From assembly GCA_963727485.1 (NCBI GenBank), contig CAVSGM010000002.1, forward strand, positions 1,472,001 to 1,536,000: DNA of 64,000 nt, given 5' to 3'. The notes below the pieces were generated by a model. That model was not told the DNA's origin and searched no databases. It was given only the letters and a program-made list of their open reading frames with translations. This document shows positions 60,335-64,000 of the stretch, in pieces (the stretch's first letter is position 1; each line of letters begins with the position of its first letter). This DNA comes from an uncultured delta proteobacterium. Lineage in GTDB: Bacteria; Myxococcota; Myxococcia; SLRQ01. A program made the translations under genes and the position numbers.

Positions 60335-62251
60335 GTGGACGCCCGACGCGTGGTCACCAACGAGACCTGCAACCAGAACTGCGGGTTCTGTGACGCCCGG
60401 CGTCCCACCGACGACCCGGTGCGCTTCGCCGGGCGCGCGGTGGCGACCCGGGTGGTGGCCGCGGCCCGGGACGGGGGCGAGGTGGTGCTCACCGGCGGCG
60501 AGCCCACCCGGCGCCGGGACCTGCCGTCGCTGGTGGCCCTCGCGCGGCGCGCCGGGGCCCGGCGGGTGATCCTGGAGACCAACGCCGCCCTGGTGGACGA
60601 CGCCCGGGCCTCCGCCCTCGCCGGCGCCGGCCTCGACCTCGCCCGGATCCACCTCCCGGCCACCGGCGCCGCCCTCGACGCCCTGACCCGGGACCCGGGA
60701 GGCTTCGAGGCCACCTGCCGGGGCGCCCGGGCCCTCGCCGACGCCGGGGTGGCCCTGGAGGCGGTGGCCCCCCTGGTGGCGGACAACGCCGCGACCCTCC
60801 CCGGGCTCCCGGCGGCCCTGGTGGACACGGGCCTGCCCTTCGGCGCCCTGCTCCTCCACTACCCCACCACCGGTGCCCCGGACCCGGCCACCCTCCTCGC
60901 CGCCGGCCGGGTCCCCGGGATCGTCGGCGCCGTCCTCGAGGCCGCCGCCGGGGTCGGCCTCCCGGTGCGCCTGGTCGGCGGCCTGGCGCGCCCGGGCCCG
61001 GAGGATCCCCGCCCCGGCGACGGCCCCTGGCAGGACGTCGCCCGGGCCCACCTCGCCGGCCACCCCGAGCGCCGCCTCGCCCTCGGGGCGCTCCTGCCCC
61101 CGGAGGCGCTCCCGGCCATCCGCTGCACCCTCCCCTGGCACCGCCTGGAGGTGAGCACCCGGCGCCTCGCCGGCCCCTGCTGCGCCGACTACCAGGCGCA
61201 CCCCCACCTCGCCCGGGCCCCGGACGTCGCCGCCCTCTGGAACGGCCCCGCCCAGCGCGCCTTCCGCCGGGCCCTCGCCGGCGAGGGCCACCCGGCCACC
61301 TGCCTCTCCACCTGCCCCATCCTCGCCGGCGGGAGCCACACCCCGGACCGCTTCGTCCTCCGGGGGGGCACCGCCGCCTTCGTGGACCACCAAATCGAGG
61401 TCGCCGAGGACCTCCTCGCCGGCCGGGAGACGGTCCGCGGCGGCCCCCTGGAGCTCGAGCTCCCGCCCACCACCTTCTGCAACTACGACTGCCTGATGTG
61501 CGAGTGGGGCGACGAGGGAACCCTCGAGGACGAGCTCCCCGCGGCCTTCTACGCCGGCCTCGCGCCGCTGCTCCCCGGGCTCTCGCGCCTCGAGGCCTCC
61601 GGGGGCGAGCCGCTGGCCTCCCCGGCGTTCCGCGCCTTCCTCGAGGGCCTCGACCGGGCCGCCCTCCCGGACCTGGAGGTGGGGCTGGTGACCAACGGCT
61701 CCTACCTGGCGCCGAAGGTCCTCGACGGGCTGGCCCACGTGCCCTTCTCCACCCTCACCGTGAGCCTCAACGCGGCCACCGCCGGGACCTACGAGACGGT
61801 GAACCGGGGCCTGCCCTTCGCCCGCGCCCGCGCGATCCTCGACGACCTCCTCTCCCGGCGCCGGGCGGGCACCCTCGCCTGCGGCATCACCTACAGCCTG
61901 GTGATCCTCGAGGCCAACCGGCACGAGATCCGCGCCTTCGCCGAGCTCGCCCACCGGGACGGGGTGGACGTGCGCTACATGCTCCCGATGTTCGACCGCA
62001 ACGGTCAGAGCATCATGACCCGGCCCGCGTCCATGGCCGCGGCCCTCGCCAATCTCGACGCGGTGGCCGCCGACCTCGAGGCCCGGGGGGACGCCCACGG
62101 CGCGGCCCTGGCCCGGGGCGAGGCGGACGTCCTTCGGGGGCGCCTCGAGGCGGGTCGGTTCACCCCCCTGCCCGACGGCCGCCACTTGGCCACCGAGCCG
62201 GCACCGGGTCCGACGCCGCGCCCGACCGGGGACGGTCCGTCGACGCCATAG
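60335..62251 (+). CDS. Double radical SAM protein with an internal SPASM-like segment
   Basis: CNQNCGFC; CTLPW...PCC...WNG...CLSTCP; CNYDCLMC, GGEPL, VTNG. Confidence 0.88.
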   Translation: MDARRVVTNETCNQNCGFCDARRPTDDPVRFAGRAVATRVVAAARDGGEVVLTGGEPTRRRDLPSLVALARRAGARRVILETNAALVDDARASALAGAGLDLARIHLPATGAALDALTRDPGGFEATCRGARALADAGVALEAVAPLVADNAATLPGLPAALVDTGLPFGALLLHYPTTGAPDPATLLAAGRVPGIVGAVLEAAAGVGLPVRLVGGLARPGPEDPRPGDGPWQDVARAHLAGHPERRLALGALLPPEALPAIRCTLPWHRLEVSTRRLAGPCCADYQAHPHLARAPDVAALWNGPAQRAFRRALAGEGHPATCLSTCPILAGGSHTPDRFVLRGGTAAFVDHQIEVAEDLLAGRETVRGGPLELELPPTTFCNYDCLMCEWGDEGTLEDELPAAFYAGLAPLLPGLSRLEASGGEPLASPAFRAFLEGLDRAALPDLEVGLVTNGSYLAPKVLDGLAHVPFSTLTVSLNAATAGTYETVNRGLPFARARAILDDLLSRRRAGTLACGITYSLVILEANRHEIRAFAELAHRDGVDVRYMLPMFDRNGQSIMTRPASMAAALANLDAVAADLEARGDAHGAALARGEADVLRGRLEAGRFTPLPDGRHLATEPAPGPTPRPTGDGPSTP

Positions 62252-62277
62252 GCGGCGGTGCGCTAGGCTGCCGGGCG

Positions 62278-63828
62278 ATGGAGCCGGACACCCAGGTCGA
62301 GATTCAGCTCGGCCACATGTGCAACAACCGCTGCGTGTTCTGCGTGAGCGGCCAGCGCACCCAGATGCGCATGGCCCGGCCCCTCGAGACCGCCCCCATC
62401 CTCGCGCGCATCGAGGCCGCCCGCGCCGAGGGCCACCGGAAGATCACGCTCCTCGGCGGCGAGCCCACCCTCCAGCCGGGCTTCCTCGAGGTGGTACGCC
62501 GCTGCGTGGCGCTGGGCTTCGAGGAGATCGTCATCTTCACCAACGGGGTGAAGATCGCCCGGGCGGCGTTCATCGACGAGGTGCGCGCCACCGGCGGGCG
62601 CTTCAACTGGCGCATCTCCATCCAGGGCGCCACCAAGGAGAGCCACGAGCGCACCACCGGGCGGCCGGGCTCCTTCGACCGCATCGTCGCCGCCATGGGC
62701 CACCTCGCCGAGCGCGGCGAGAAGCTCACGGTGAACATGTGCGTGGTCGGCTCCAACTACGAGAGCGTCGACCACTTCCCCGACCTCCTCGACCGCTTCG
62801 GGGCCCGGCAGCTCCACCTCGACCTGATGCGCCCCCTCGACGCCGGGGAGCGCACCGACGCCGAGCTCGAGGCGATGATGGTCCCCTACTCGCAGATGGT
62901 CGGGCCCCTGACCCGGATGATCGCGGGCTTCCCCGAAGGCTTCGACGTGAACCTGGGGAACCTGCCGTTCTGCATCGCCCCCGAGCTCGCGCCGTACATC
63001 CACCACGACGGCGAGACCACCTACACGGTGGCCATCGAGGGCGACGACCAGCTCTCGCAGCCCTGGGACAAGTACCAGACCAAGCGCCGGGACAAGTTCC
63101 AGCCGGAGACCTGCCGCCCCTGCCTGTTCCGGGAGAAGTGCAGCGGGGTGTTCGAGCACTACGCGCGCTTCCACGGCACCGCCGAGCTGGTCCCGGTGGA
63201 TGCCGCGCGCCTGCGCCGCGCCGACCCCGGCCTGCGCCTGCTGCCGCTCCATCTCAAGCCGGTGATCGCCGGGCTCAAGGGGTTCCGGCCGCCGCCGCCG
63301 TTCACCGGCCTCGCGGCGAAGGAGACCGCCGACGACGAGGTGACCCTCACCCTCACCGGCCCCGAGCCCCTGGAGGTGGCGCTCCGGCGCCCCGGGGAGG
63401 TTGGGATCTGCGCCTTCGAGGGGATGAGCCTCCACCTCCGGGCGGTCCCCGGCGACCTCGCGGTGGCCCGGGCGGGGCTCGAGGCGCTGGTGGCGGCCCT
63501 GGCGGCCACCTGCGGGGCGCCCGTCCACCCCCTGGGCGACGACGCCCTCGCCCCCCTGCCCCGGACGGTGGCGGCGCGGCTGGGCCGCCTCCGGGGCGCC
63601 GCGCCCTTCCCCGGCCTCGCCTGGACCTCGGTGGCCGCCGCCGGGGGCCGGGTGGAGCTTGGCCTCGCGGATGCCGGCGGCGCCGAGCTGGCCTTCTGGC
63701 TCGCCGAGGAGGCCGGGCGGCCCACCGGGGGCTACCGGGTGGTCTCCGGGGCGCCGGCGCCGGCGGCCATCGAGGGCCTCAAGGCGATGATGGCGGCCCT
63801 GCGGCGGCCCCGCGCCGCGGCCGCCTGA
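62278..63828 (+). CDS. Radical SAM protein (HxsC-like) with C-terminal accessory domains
   Basis: CNNRCVFC, GGEPT, FTNG, NLPFC, CRPC-x5-CSG...Y. Confidence 0.9.
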   Translation: MEPDTQVEIQLGHMCNNRCVFCVSGQRTQMRMARPLETAPILARIEAARAEGHRKITLLGGEPTLQPGFLEVVRRCVALGFEEIVIFTNGVKIARAAFIDEVRATGGRFNWRISIQGATKESHERTTGRPGSFDRIVAAMGHLAERGEKLTVNMCVVGSNYESVDHFPDLLDRFGARQLHLDLMRPLDAGERTDAELEAMMVPYSQMVGPLTRMIAGFPEGFDVNLGNLPFCIAPELAPYIHHDGETTYTVAIEGDDQLSQPWDKYQTKRRDKFQPETCRPCLFREKCSGVFEHYARFHGTAELVPVDAARLRRADPGLRLLPLHLKPVIAGLKGFRPPPPFTGLAAKETADDEVTLTLTGPEPLEVALRRPGEVGICAFEGMSLHLRAVPGDLAVARAGLEALVAALAATCGAPVHPLGDDALAPLPRTVAARLGRLRGAAPFPGLAWTSVAAAGGRVELGLADAGGAELAFWLAEEAGRPTGGYRVVSGAPAPAAIEGLKAMMAALRRPRAAAA

Positions 63829-64000
63829 CGGCGAAGAGCCAGAGGCCCACCAGGAGCGCCACGGCGAGCGCCACCTGGGCCAGCCAGAATCGCCCGCCGG
63901 GCCGCCGGCGAGAGGGACGCCGCCGAGGGGGACTCCCGCCCTCCGACGGGGTGACTGCCGACGGCCCGCTGCACCCAGAGGCCCTGCACGTCGAGGCGCA
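63779..64000 (-). CDS. 3' end of a gene with a C-terminal TM helix (5' part outside the window), probable frameshift near 63889
   Basis: GC3-rich frame joins IWLAQVALAVALLVGLWLFAVRRPRR after a GATTC to GATC correction. Confidence 0.4.
   Translation of the reverse strand, partial: CASTCRASGCSGPSAVTPSEGGSPPRRRPSRRRPGGRFWLAQVALAVALLVGLWLFAVRRPRRGAAAGPPSSP

Noticed and set aside
50459..62277. Precursor peptide in the intergenic gaps of the radical SAM cluster (50459-50574, 56947-57098, 60280-60334, 62252-62277)
   Set aside because: The gaps are short, look like promoter regions and contain no convincing small ORF
1..64000. Many long overlapping Pro/Arg/Gly-rich ORFs (e.g. 773-2308, 2274-3998, 35626-38406, 58222-60828)
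   Set aside because: Shadow frames expected in very GC-rich DNA; they lack motifs and overlap well-supported genes

Overview
Very GC-rich bacterial DNA, probably Myxococcota/deltaproteobacterial (inferred from a MYXO-CTERM-like tail, DAG-rich lipoprotein linkers and a eukaryotic-type Ser/Thr kinase). About 1-43 kb is mostly housekeeping and accessory genes (H-NOX, GH18, fabI, CNNM/CBS protein, M23 peptidase, cls, purSQ, ppa, ClC-MarR, kinase, GST, two histidine kinases, amrB, nfuA, ATP-grasp, M16 peptidase pair). It also holds a decayed defence islet at 4.4-6.8 kb, a MenAT-like toxin-antitoxin pair, an MlaF-MlaE fusion with an unusual partner, an orphan Cys-repeat secreted peptide, and a UGA-recoded selenoprotein with a SECIS-like hairpin that the ORF track splits. 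The most striking part is 43.5-63.8 kb, a biosynthetic-looking cluster with six radical SAM genes carrying nine cluster-binding motifs, two flavin-dependent halogenases (one with a PqqD/RRE-like module), a metallo-beta-lactamase-fold enzyme, a UbiA prenyltransferase and a small accessory domain recurring at the C-termini of several enzymes. No precursor peptide is visible inside it. About a dozen single-base frameshifts occur in otherwise intact genes, mostly at GAATC/GATTC that correct to GATC, which points to methylation-linked long-read errors rather than real pseudogenes. No rRNA, tRNA, CRISPR array or transposase was recognised. All family calls are from motif recognition by eye, not database searches.
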